Shown here: piece after piece, positions 38,523 to 47,152 of the stretch
Numbering within the stretch: position 1 is the stretch's first letter
How the letters are laid out: the number at the start of each line of letters is the position of its first letter
Virus record (IMG/VR): IMGVR_UViG_3300032218_001256
Span: 1-59,701 of that record
Length of the DNA stretch: 59,701 bases
Source of the DNA: a virus
Lineage: Duplodnaviria; Caudoviricetes
Reading direction: 5' to 3' (one strand)
The notes under the pieces: model-generated
What the model saw: the letters and a program-made list of their open reading frames with translations, nothing else
Database searches by the model: none
What the model was told of the DNA's origin: nothing
Position numbers and translations under genes: made by a program

Positions 38523-38656
38523 TGGCTAATTGTAAAAGATGTCAAACTAAAGTGGGATGTGGATGTCAACTAGTAAATGGATATTGCTCAGCATGTAATT
38601 ATGCTGTTCAGCAAGAAATAAAACAACAACAAGATGCTAACACCAAGGCTAACTAA
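38522..38656 (+). CDS. 44-aa Cys-rich peptide (not in the ORF track)
   Basis: MANCKRCQTKVGCGCQLVNGYCSACNY...; TAATG coupling to the upstream stop. Confidence 0.7.
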   Translation: MANCKRCQTKVGCGCQLVNGYCSACNYAVQQEIKQQQDANTKAN

Positions 38657-38900
38657 TTCCTTATATTATGGGAGCATCCCTGTGTTGCTTCAAGATATTA
38701 ATAATAAACTAGCAGAGCTAGCTAATTATGAATACAACAATATTGTCTATTCCTTAAATCATTACATCTCTGGTGAGGTTATTCAAGACCTATTGAACTA
38801 CCAAAGAATACTAGAGTATAAGCAGTGTAACCCTGACTATTGTGCAAATTTCACTGTAGAGATGATTGGAAGTAAAGTAATAATCTTAATAAACAAATAA
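38634..38900 (+). CDS. Small structural protein
   Basis: 88-aa ORF in the operon. Confidence 0.7.
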   Translation: MLTPRLTNSLYYGSIPVLLQDINNKLAELANYEYNNIVYSLNHYISGEVIQDLLNYQRILEYKQCNPDYCANFTVEMIGSKVIILINK

Positions 38901-38904
38901 TAAT

Positions 38905-40716
38905 ATGTCTTGTTTACCAGGAATGCCATGTTACAATGAAGTGATATACACTAACTCACAGCAAGGTTGTGGGTGCTGTGGTGTTGCCACTTGCACTGGT
39001 CAATGTGGCTGTAATACCAATACACATTGTGGAGTTAGTTCTAATGATGTAACTTACGTAGGTCCTAATCTTCCACACACAGGAGTACAAAACCTTACTG
39101 ATTTAACTACTGCTCTTGAGCAGATGGATACTGCCATTGGTGATATACAACAATATAATGGTACAAATGGTACCTCTGGAACTAATGGTTCTAGTGGTAG
39201 AAATGGTACTAATGGTAGAGATGGTACTAATGGAGTTAATGGAGATAGAGGATCTGCAGGAACTTCTGGTACAAATGGATCAAGTGGATCTTCAGGTGTA
39301 TCTGCTGCTGCAGGTACTTCAGGTTCATCAGGAACAAATGGAAGTTCAGGATCATCAGGTTCATCAGGATCTTCTGGTACAGCTGCATCCTCTGGAACCT
39401 CAGCAACAGCTGGTACTTCTGGTACATCAGGATCTAATGGTATATCAGGAACTGATGGTTCATCAGGGACAGATGGATCCAATGGTACATCAGCCACTTC
39501 AGGTACATCTGCAACATCTGGCACATCAGGATTAACTGGTACTGCTGGTACAAGTGGTCAATCAGGAGACAGATATGCTACAACATCATTAACTCCATTA
39601 ACTATTGGAACAGGTCTTGCAGCATTTGATGTTGAGTCTGGTCTTGCTTATACAATTGGTCAAGAGGTTATATTAAGTTATGGTGTAGGTAACACTATGG
39701 TTGGTCCTGTTTCATTATATGAACCTAATTGTGGTGAAATGGTTGTAGATGTTCAATCTACTACAGGATCAGGAACATATGAACCTTGGACAGTTAACTT
39801 AAATGGTATAGCTGCAGTCAATGGTACTTCTGGAACTTCAGGTTTAACTGCTACATCTGGCACAAGTGGAGACTCAGGTACATCAGGTATATCAGGGTCT
39901 TCAGGATTATCAGGAACGCGTGGTACATCAGGAACAAGTGGATTAACAGGTACTGCAGGTACATCAGCTACATCTGGTGCAACAGGTAGTAGTGGTACAA
40001 CAGGAACAAATGGATCTTCAGGAACAAGTGGTGCTTCTGGATCAAGTGGTGTAAATGGAACTTCAGGTTCTTCTGGTACATCTGGATTAACTGGTTCAAA
40101 TGGTACATCAGGTAGTTCAGGATCTAGTGGTCCTACAGGTACTCCAGGAGGTGTAGGTCCTGCAGGTCCTACAGGTCCATCAGGTGGCCCTGGCCCTACA
40201 GGTCCTACAGGTGCTTCAGGTTTTCCTGGTCCTACAGGACCAACAGGTCCAACAGGTCCTCCTGGTCCTACTGGAACAGGTACTCCAGGTCCTCCAGGTC
40301 CTACTGGTCCTACAGGTCCTGGATTTACAACAATATCTCCAGCAGTTAATAATGCTCTTGTAATATCTAATGGAACAGCAAATTCAGCAACTACTGATTC
40401 TGCTATTTATGTAAATACTACAACTCATACTATATATGCAAATGCCTTTTATCAAAATTCATCAAGAAGACTAAAAACTAATATTGAAACATTTGATCAA
40501 GATGCATTAGACATATTACATAAAGTTAATATTGTATCATTTAATTATAAAACTAATCTAGCACACAAACATATTGGTTTTATTGCAGAAGATACTCCTA
40601 TTGAATTATCAACAATAGATCAAAATACAATGGATACAAACTCTGTTGTAGGTGTATTAATTAAAGGTGTACAACAATTAGAAGCTAGACTTAAAAAGTT
40701 AGAGGACAATGACTAA
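38905..40716 (+). CDS. Collagen-like fibre protein with a C-terminal intramolecular chaperone (peptidase S74-like)
   Basis: Long (G-T/S-S/N) and (G-P-T) triplet runs; 'SSRRLKTNI...HIGFIAE...LIKGVQQL'. Confidence 0.88.
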   Translation: MSCLPGMPCYNEVIYTNSQQGCGCCGVATCTGQCGCNTNTHCGVSSNDVTYVGPNLPHTGVQNLTDLTTALEQMDTAIGDIQQYNGTNGTSGTNGSSGRNGTNGRDGTNGVNGDRGSAGTSGTNGSSGSSGVSAAAGTSGSSGTNGSSGSSGSSGSSGTAASSGTSATAGTSGTSGSNGISGTDGSSGTDGSNGTSATSGTSATSGTSGLTGTAGTSGQSGDRYATTSLTPLTIGTGLAAFDVESGLAYTIGQEVILSYGVGNTMVGPVSLYEPNCGEMVVDVQSTTGSGTYEPWTVNLNGIAAVNGTSGTSGLTATSGTSGDSGTSGISGSSGLSGTRGTSGTSGLTGTAGTSATSGATGSSGTTGTNGSSGTSGASGSSGVNGTSGSSGTSGLTGSNGTSGSSGSSGPTGTPGGVGPAGPTGPSGGPGPTGPTGASGFPGPTGPTGPTGPPGPTGTGTPGPPGPTGPTGPGFTTISPAVNNALVISNGTANSATTDSAIYVNTTTHTIYANAFYQNSSRRLKTNIETFDQDALDILHKVNIVSFNYKTNLAHKHIGFIAEDTPIELSTIDQNTMDTNSVVGVLIKGVQQLEARLKKLEDND

Positions 40717-42715
40717 AGCAACAAACTATCTTGTTAGTGTTACTGAAACTAAAGAAATATTATCTACTTCTTATGGACAGACTACACCACAAAACAATGA
40801 TAGAATTATTATATCAGAAGCTACTGGAGGCTCTACATTTGGTTCAGTGGGTGGAACACCAACATTTTGTTTAGATGATAGTTCAGCTATTTTAACAAAT
40901 CCTGATGATAAAGCACCTGTTTACCAAGATTTAGTTCCAAGAACAAATTTTGGATCTATATCAACTTATAATATAATTTCAGCTACTGCTACATATGCAC
41001 AAAGATTAAATTATATTCCCTGCACATATTCTGAATTTTCATATGTAGTTTTTACTAATAATAATGGATCTATTACTAATGGATCTACTACAGGTACTAC
41101 TAGATGGACTCTTCAAGTTACTAGTAATGTTTTATTAAAAGGTGCAGGATTAAGATGGATTTATTATGATGGGCAACCTGCAGTAAATGGTGTTGATTAT
41201 ACTTTAGTTGCATATAATGGAAATCCAGCTCCTTATGGACTTGGCTATGTAGAAGTACTTCTACATAAACCATTAACTTCTACTAAATCATATGTATTTG
41301 CATACAATGCACAATATAATGGATCTCCTCCTTTTAAAATAAGTCTTGAAACTGCAAGTGGTTTTGATGGTTGTTATGGTCCTATTTCTGGAGAAGGAGT
41401 AGATGTTTTTGTATGTGATGTAACTACTACAACTACTACCACTCAACGTCCATCAACTGTAGGAATAATTACTGAAAATGGATTAGATCCTAATTCTTTT
41501 ACAGTTTATATTAATGGAATTGCAGATACAGGTTGGAAATCAGGAACTAGAAGTTATGCAGCAGGAACAGTTATTAAAATTATATATAGTTCTGCTGCTT
41601 GTGATGTAACTAGAAATAATTCTGCTTATGTATCAAATACAGATGTTACATTAAGTGGTGGGGTTACTCAAAGTTTTCGTTTAAACAATGCAAATAGTTG
41701 GACAAATACAGGATATCAATGTATAGGAAATGTATACTATACAAATCAAGTAAACCCTTGTGGGGGAACTCAACAAGTTCAAACATATCCAGGATCTACT
41801 TGTGACTGTGTATGTAATCAAAATTGTAATGGTACATATTATGGACCTTCTGTTTGTGGAGGTGGTGTAGGTCTCCCTAATGATCTTATTCAATATCAAT
41901 ATTATTCTTGTAATAATAATGCTACAGGAAATTATCAAGTAATTCAAAATTGTAGTTGTTCATGTAATCAAACTTGTGCTGGAACATATACAGGAACACC
42001 TTATTGTGTAGGCAATGAACGTAGAGTAGATAATTATTGGAGTTGTAGTGGTAACTATGCAAGCACTACTACATTAAGCTCATGTAGTTGTGACTGTAAT
42101 CAAACGTGTTCTGGAGAATATTGGGGAGATTATTATTGTGATGGAACTACTAGAAAAAGAAATAAGAAATATGTTTGTAATGGTGCTAATACAGGAGAAG
42201 TTGAATCAACTCCTTGTAGTACAGCATGTGGTGCAAACTTAGCTCCTATTTGGAATAACTCAGGAGATCCTTACTGCGATGGATGTAATCAAATACAAAA
42301 TCAAATTCAAATTAATTCATGTTGTACAACTCCTCCTTATGGATCTACACGCACTATAGACTTAGGACCTAATGCCAATTGTGGATATTGGAATCTAGAA
42401 TACTACTGTGTAGGTTATGATAAGTGGAGTAGACTAAGAAACACCTGTACAAATGTTACATGTTGTGATACATTAGTACAAGTAAATTCTCCTGCTTGTG
42501 GATATTCAAATTGCAGTACATGGAATATATTTGCTTATAATTCTGATGAATATGTATACGTAAGCTGGACTACTTGTGGAGGAGGTTCTGGATCAACATC
42601 ATTCTATGGAGGACCAGGTATTGTAGGAAGTGTTTGTGCATTAAATGGTACAACACCATCTATTACAAGTGGTAATGGTGCAGCAAGTAACACAGGAGAT
42701 ATGTGTTCGTCATAA
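40709..42715 (+). CDS. Cys-rich repeat virion or receptor-binding protein
   Basis: C-terminal half very Cys-rich with three CxCxCNQxCxGxY repeats; poly-Thr linker. Confidence 0.75.
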   Translation: MTKATNYLVSVTETKEILSTSYGQTTPQNNDRIIISEATGGSTFGSVGGTPTFCLDDSSAILTNPDDKAPVYQDLVPRTNFGSISTYNIISATATYAQRLNYIPCTYSEFSYVVFTNNNGSITNGSTTGTTRWTLQVTSNVLLKGAGLRWIYYDGQPAVNGVDYTLVAYNGNPAPYGLGYVEVLLHKPLTSTKSYVFAYNAQYNGSPPFKISLETASGFDGCYGPISGEGVDVFVCDVTTTTTTTQRPSTVGIITENGLDPNSFTVYINGIADTGWKSGTRSYAAGTVIKIIYSSAACDVTRNNSAYVSNTDVTLSGGVTQSFRLNNANSWTNTGYQCIGNVYYTNQVNPCGGTQQVQTYPGSTCDCVCNQNCNGTYYGPSVCGGGVGLPNDLIQYQYYSCNNNATGNYQVIQNCSCSCNQTCAGTYTGTPYCVGNERRVDNYWSCSGNYASTTTLSSCSCDCNQTCSGEYWGDYYCDGTTRKRNKKYVCNGANTGEVESTPCSTACGANLAPIWNNSGDPYCDGCNQIQNQIQINSCCTTPPYGSTRTIDLGPNANCGYWNLEYYCVGYDKWSRLRNTCTNVTCCDTLVQVNSPACGYSNCSTWNIFAYNSDEYVYVSWTTCGGGSGSTSFYGGPGIVGSVCALNGTTPSITSGNGAASNTGDMCSS

Positions 42716-42732
42716 ACTAACAATTAATTAAT

Positions 42733-43554
42733 ATGAATGTCTTAATAACATTAACAACAGCTGGTGTGGATACAGGTCCTTTTGACCTGTTTTCAGACAG
42801 CGATAATTATGCAGTTCCATTTGCTTCAACAATAGCAAGAGGAGTGTTAGAGAATGGATATTTGGCTAATGATGTACCAGGCAATGCTACAATAGTTCGT
42901 GTGAAATCATTAGATGTGTGTACTAACTATATTGATTTAAATATAGGTACAACAACTACAACTAGTACAACTCTACCTCCTATTCCTCAACAATGGTACA
43001 AAATAGTTAACTGTAATACAACAGCAACATTAAATAGTATTGCATACACTCCTGGAACTTATGGATTAAATGAAAGGATTACATATCAAAGCTATCCTTA
43101 TGTAATCAATCAAATATATAATACTAATCCAGGTGGTAGTCAAGTTGCTTTAGTTTCTACAGGTCAAGTGGGATGTCCTCCTCTTGGAGAATATTATATC
43201 TTGTTCAACTGTGCAAATTCTACTACTACTACATCTCAAAGATATCCAGTAGGTACATTTGCTGTTAATGATCGTGTTAATAATGGTGCTGATGTATATA
43301 GAGTTGTATCAACTACTGGTAATGATCCAGGAGGAGCACAGATTACAATATCTGCTACTGGTGAGACAGGATGTCCTACAACTGTATACACTCAATATAC
43401 AAAATGTGATGATGTAACTATACAATATTACATACTAGGAGTAGGCTATCCATCATTTATATTACTTGGAGGTTTCTGTTATGTAACTGCTGGCACTACA
43501 AATAATCCAGTAGGAACACAGTTCTACTCATATGATGAAGGGTGTAGCTGTTAA
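42733..43554 (+). CDS. Repeat-containing virion surface protein
   Basis: N-terminal small beta domain, Thr linker, two ~65-aa repeats ending TGxxGCP. Confidence 0.75.
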   Translation: MNVLITLTTAGVDTGPFDLFSDSDNYAVPFASTIARGVLENGYLANDVPGNATIVRVKSLDVCTNYIDLNIGTTTTTSTTLPPIPQQWYKIVNCNTTATLNSIAYTPGTYGLNERITYQSYPYVINQIYNTNPGGSQVALVSTGQVGCPPLGEYYILFNCANSTTTTSQRYPVGTFAVNDRVNNGADVYRVVSTTGNDPGGAQITISATGETGCPTTVYTQYTKCDDVTIQYYILGVGYPSFILLGGFCYVTAGTTNNPVGTQFYSYDEGCSC

Positions 43555-43590
43555 GATATAAAAAACTCTGTTTGTTGGTTTACAGAGTTT

Positions 43591-43627
43591 CTCCCAGAGT
43601 GTAAAATCTCTGGGAGTTTTCATTTTT
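43591..43627 (+). terminator. Intrinsic terminator
   Basis: CTCCCAGAG-tgtaaaat-CTCTGGGAG followed by TTTTCATTTTT; second hairpin just upstream. Confidence 0.8.
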
Positions 43628-43731
43628 ATAACTAATTTGATTAAACTATATAATTAACTCAGTTACAATTATTTGGTAAATACAAAAATTAATTTATATA
43701 TTTAGGACAATTTAACTAAACTACAACTAGA

Positions 43732-44961
43732 ATGACTGAGAATCAGGACATGCTTTCTCATCTCGAAGCACTTTTGAGGATGAAAAAAAGCAAAGCATTC
43801 TATGCTGCAAGGCTTGGAATCACTGAACAAGAAGTAGATGAATTGTTAAAAGAGCTAAGAGGAAAAGATCAAGAACCTAACGATACATTGAAAACAACTG
43901 TTTCTAATTATGATACAGTAAGAAAAGTTAATAATGAAAAAGGGACAATTGAAAGTACATTGATACTTGATTTTGAACCAAAAGATGATCTAGAGTTAGC
44001 TACGCTACATAAGATTAATCTAGATAAATATGTAATCACTAACTACTGGTCTAAACTATTACCTAATGGTAAGTTTACATCATCAGTTTTTTCTAAGAAA
44101 AAAGAAGCTAAAGATTACACAGCTGAAGACTTTGCAAAGTTTTTAGTTAATTATAAATCCAACTACATACCCCAACCAGAACCTAAGATAGAACGTGCTA
44201 AGGTGATAGATGTTGAATTATCATTATCTGATTATCATTTAGCTAAGAGACATATTGATGGAGATAATTCACCAGCTATTAGATGTAAGAGATACTTTAG
44301 TACAGCTGTAAATCTTGCATATAATGTAAAATCATTATACAATATTGATACTATTGTATTTCCAATATCAAATGATTTCTTTCATACAGATAACTATCAT
44401 AATCAAACAACCAATGGTACTCCACAAGATACTATTGTTGATTATGCTCATGAGTATGAACTAGGGTTTGAATTACTTGTAGATACAATTACAATGATGA
44501 AAAAGCTTTGTAATAAAGTACAAGTTATTTTAGTACAAGGTAATCATGACAGAACAAAGTCTTACTACCTTGCTCATGCTCTTGATGTATATTTCAAAGC
44601 AGATCCTAATATCTTTTTTGAAAGAGAACATTCTACAGTGAAAGGAGTAATGTTAGGAGAAACATTTATTGGTTATCATCATGGTAACTGCAAGATTGAA
44701 GATCTTCCTTTATTGTTTGCAACACATCCTGAGTATAGTCAATTATTTGGATATGCTAAATACAGAGAAGTGCATACAGGAGATAAGCATCATTACATGG
44801 CTAAAGAAGTGAAAGGGGTAAGAATACAACAAATGCCTAGCTTGTCTGGCACAGACAGATGGCATCAAGATAACAACTTTGTTCATAGCGTTAGAGCAGC
44901 ACTTGCTTTAGTCTATGATAAAGATGCTGGCAAGATTGCTGAATTTGAAGAAAGAATATAA
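43732..44961 (+). CDS. Calcineurin-like metallophosphoesterase with an N-terminal HTH
   Basis: SDYH, NDFFH, GNHD, HHG, GDKHH motifs; 'AARLGITEQEV'. Confidence 0.85.
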   Translation: MTENQDMLSHLEALLRMKKSKAFYAARLGITEQEVDELLKELRGKDQEPNDTLKTTVSNYDTVRKVNNEKGTIESTLILDFEPKDDLELATLHKINLDKYVITNYWSKLLPNGKFTSSVFSKKKEAKDYTAEDFAKFLVNYKSNYIPQPEPKIERAKVIDVELSLSDYHLAKRHIDGDNSPAIRCKRYFSTAVNLAYNVKSLYNIDTIVFPISNDFFHTDNYHNQTTNGTPQDTIVDYAHEYELGFELLVDTITMMKKLCNKVQVILVQGNHDRTKSYYLAHALDVYFKADPNIFFEREHSTVKGVMLGETFIGYHHGNCKIEDLPLLFATHPEYSQLFGYAKYREVHTGDKHHYMAKEVKGVRIQQMPSLSGTDRWHQDNNFVHSVRAALALVYDKDAGKIAEFEERI

Positions 44962-44963
44962 AA

Positions 44964-45686
44964 ATGGCAACAGTAAGAAAATTAGTTTCAGATGTACGTG
45001 CAATGCACAGATTATTATCAACAGATGAGTTGATAACAGACAGAGCTATTGCTTCTGAGTTAAAAAATAATACCATCTTACTAGTTAAACGTGAAACAAA
45101 TCTTCGTAGACTTTGGTCTACAGATACATTATTTACAACAATCCCTTGTTTAGAATTAGAACAAGTTTCTATTACTGAGTGCTGTGACTTTGTAGATGAT
45201 TGTACAATTGCTAGAACTAAATTAAAACTTCCACGTATATCAGAAGGTAATTATCAATATCTTATTCAAGGTGTTTGGTCTATCAATGCAATGGGTGGTA
45301 TGGGTAAGAAGTTTAAAGATATATCAATAAACAGATATATTAACTTACTTAAGTTACCAATCATCAAGAATGAAAGCTACTATTGGATTGTGAACGACTA
45401 TCTCTACCTAACTGATCCATTGGTTCAGAAGGTTAGAATTGCTGCCTTATTTGAAGAAGATATACCTAACGAAGTAAGGTATTCTGGTAAGTGTATAGAA
45501 GATGTTCCTACTGAAGAGTGGTGCTTAAATCCTTTAGATAGAGAATCATTTTGTCCAGGCTATTTAGAAAAACAAGTGTTAGAGCTTACATCTCAAAAAA
45601 TGTTAGGTACATACTTTAGACTTAAAGATGATTTAACAGAGAATAACGTAGATGGTCAAGCGCCTAATGCACCAGCAGGAAGCTAA
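44964..45686 (+). CDS. Tail ring-type structural protein
   Basis: 240 aa at the start of the crAss tail module; synteny. Confidence 0.55.
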   Translation: MATVRKLVSDVRAMHRLLSTDELITDRAIASELKNNTILLVKRETNLRRLWSTDTLFTTIPCLELEQVSITECCDFVDDCTIARTKLKLPRISEGNYQYLIQGVWSINAMGGMGKKFKDISINRYINLLKLPIIKNESYYWIVNDYLYLTDPLVQKVRIAALFEEDIPNEVRYSGKCIEDVPTEEWCLNPLDRESFCPGYLEKQVLELTSQKMLGTYFRLKDDLTENNVDGQAPNAPAGS

Positions 45687-46162
45687 TGAGAGTAAAAATA
45701 GACTGGAGAAGTTCCAGTAAAGATAACTACAAAAACTTCTGTAAGAAGTATACATCAATCAAAGTCACATTTGATGAATGGAGAAACATCATCTATTCAT
45801 TCAATGAACAATTCAAAAACTACATTCTTGAAACTGGAGAAAAAGCAAAGCTACCTTTTGGCTTTGGTGAATTCTCTATTAATAAGAAGAAGCGTAAGAA
45901 ATTTAAAATGGTTGATGGAGAAGAAGTTATAAATCTACCTATTGATTGGCAAAAGAGCAAAGAGAAAGGTAAGAGAATATATAATTTTAATTATCATACA
46001 GAAGGTTATTTCTTTGGTTGGATGTGGTTTAGAGATACAGCAAGAATAAGAAACATTGATTTATGGTATTTTAAACCTACTAGAACAACATCAAGACTCT
46101 TATCACATTATATTAAGACTGACGATAAGTATCAGCATATTTACAGAGAGTGGAAAAAATAA
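45686..46162 (+). CDS. IHF-like protein of the crAss tail module
   Basis: 'KLPFGFGEFSI', 'PIDW..SK', 'HTEGY'. Confidence 0.65.
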   Translation: MRVKIDWRSSSKDNYKNFCKKYTSIKVTFDEWRNIIYSFNEQFKNYILETGEKAKLPFGFGEFSINKKKRKKFKMVDGEEVINLPIDWQKSKEKGKRIYNFNYHTEGYFFGWMWFRDTARIRNIDLWYFKPTRTTSRLLSHYIKTDDKYQHIYREWKK

Positions 46163-46168
46163 AATAAA

Positions 46169-47152
46169 ATGGCATACTACTACAAATACAATTTCATTTC
46201 TCCTGAGCCTGTATACTCTACAGTGAAAGAAGAGCTTAAGAGCTACTTCGACACAGGAGCAGTTGATGACTTATTATTCCCTACTTATCTTGACAAATGT
46301 TTAAAGAAGTTAGGTAGAGCCACTTATGTTATTCAAGAAACAATCTTAGATGTATGTGACTTTGAAGCTAGACTTCCAGATAACTTTATATCTGTAAGAG
46401 AAGCATGGATGTGTTCAGAAGATACATCTAACTATCCATATCAAACCCCTAACTCATTCTACTCTCAAGCAGCAACACAGACAACTATTCAAGTTAGTCC
46501 AATCATCTATGGAGGTCCTTCATGTCCTAGTACATGTTGTGGTAATGTAGGATGTGATGGATCATGTATGCCTGAGATAATGCAGACAGTTTATAAAACT
46601 AATCAGCAAGCTTATAGATCTATCACTAGACAAGCTTTAATGCAACCTGGAAATATTAATGGACGTAACAACTGTACATTAGACTATGGTGGTAATGCTT
46701 GGGAGTTTGGATACAATTCACCTCCAGTTGATTTAAGAAATACACCATTCTCTTCACAAGCAAACTCATTTGACATTCGTGATAATAAGTTTGTAACTAA
46801 TGTAAGGAATGCTGTTGTTCATTTAATATTTTATGTTACAGAATATGATACGATAGGTAATCAATTGATTCCTGATAATTATCGTGTTAGGGAATTTGTA
46901 GAAGCATTCCTTAAATATAAAGTTTTTGAAACCCTATCTAATCAATTAACAGATGAGACGTTTGAACAAATACAGAAAAAACTTGCTTATTATAAAAGCC
47001 TTTATGATGAAGCATTCATTATGGCAGACATTGAAATAAAGAAACAAGATGGCTGGGCTAAACAACGTAGAATAAAGAACGATCTGAATAGGTTCAACAT
47101 GTATGAACTCCCAAATAGATCATATAGATATGGCTGGAGAAGAAACAACTAG
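46169..47152 (+). CDS. Tail tubular (ring) protein
   Basis: 'ARLPDNF', 'G..LIPD' pattern; directly upstream of the stabilization protein. Confidence 0.65.
   Translation: MAYYYKYNFISPEPVYSTVKEELKSYFDTGAVDDLLFPTYLDKCLKKLGRATYVIQETILDVCDFEARLPDNFISVREAWMCSEDTSNYPYQTPNSFYSQAATQTTIQVSPIIYGGPSCPSTCCGNVGCDGSCMPEIMQTVYKTNQQAYRSITRQALMQPGNINGRNNCTLDYGGNAWEFGYNSPPVDLRNTPFSSQANSFDIRDNKFVTNVRNAVVHLIFYVTEYDTIGNQLIPDNYRVREFVEAFLKYKVFETLSNQLTDETFEQIQKKLAYYKSLYDEAFIMADIEIKKQDGWAKQRRIKNDLNRFNMYELPNRSYRYGWRRNN

Noticed and set aside
39054-39535. Antisense and alternate-frame ORFs over the collagen repeats, and similar shadow ORFs elsewhere in the track
   Set aside because: Explained by triplet periodicity and codon bias of the real overlapping genes
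38905-43554. Diversity-generating retroelement acting on the fibres
   Set aside because: No reverse transcriptase and no adenine-specific template/variable repeat pair seen in this window
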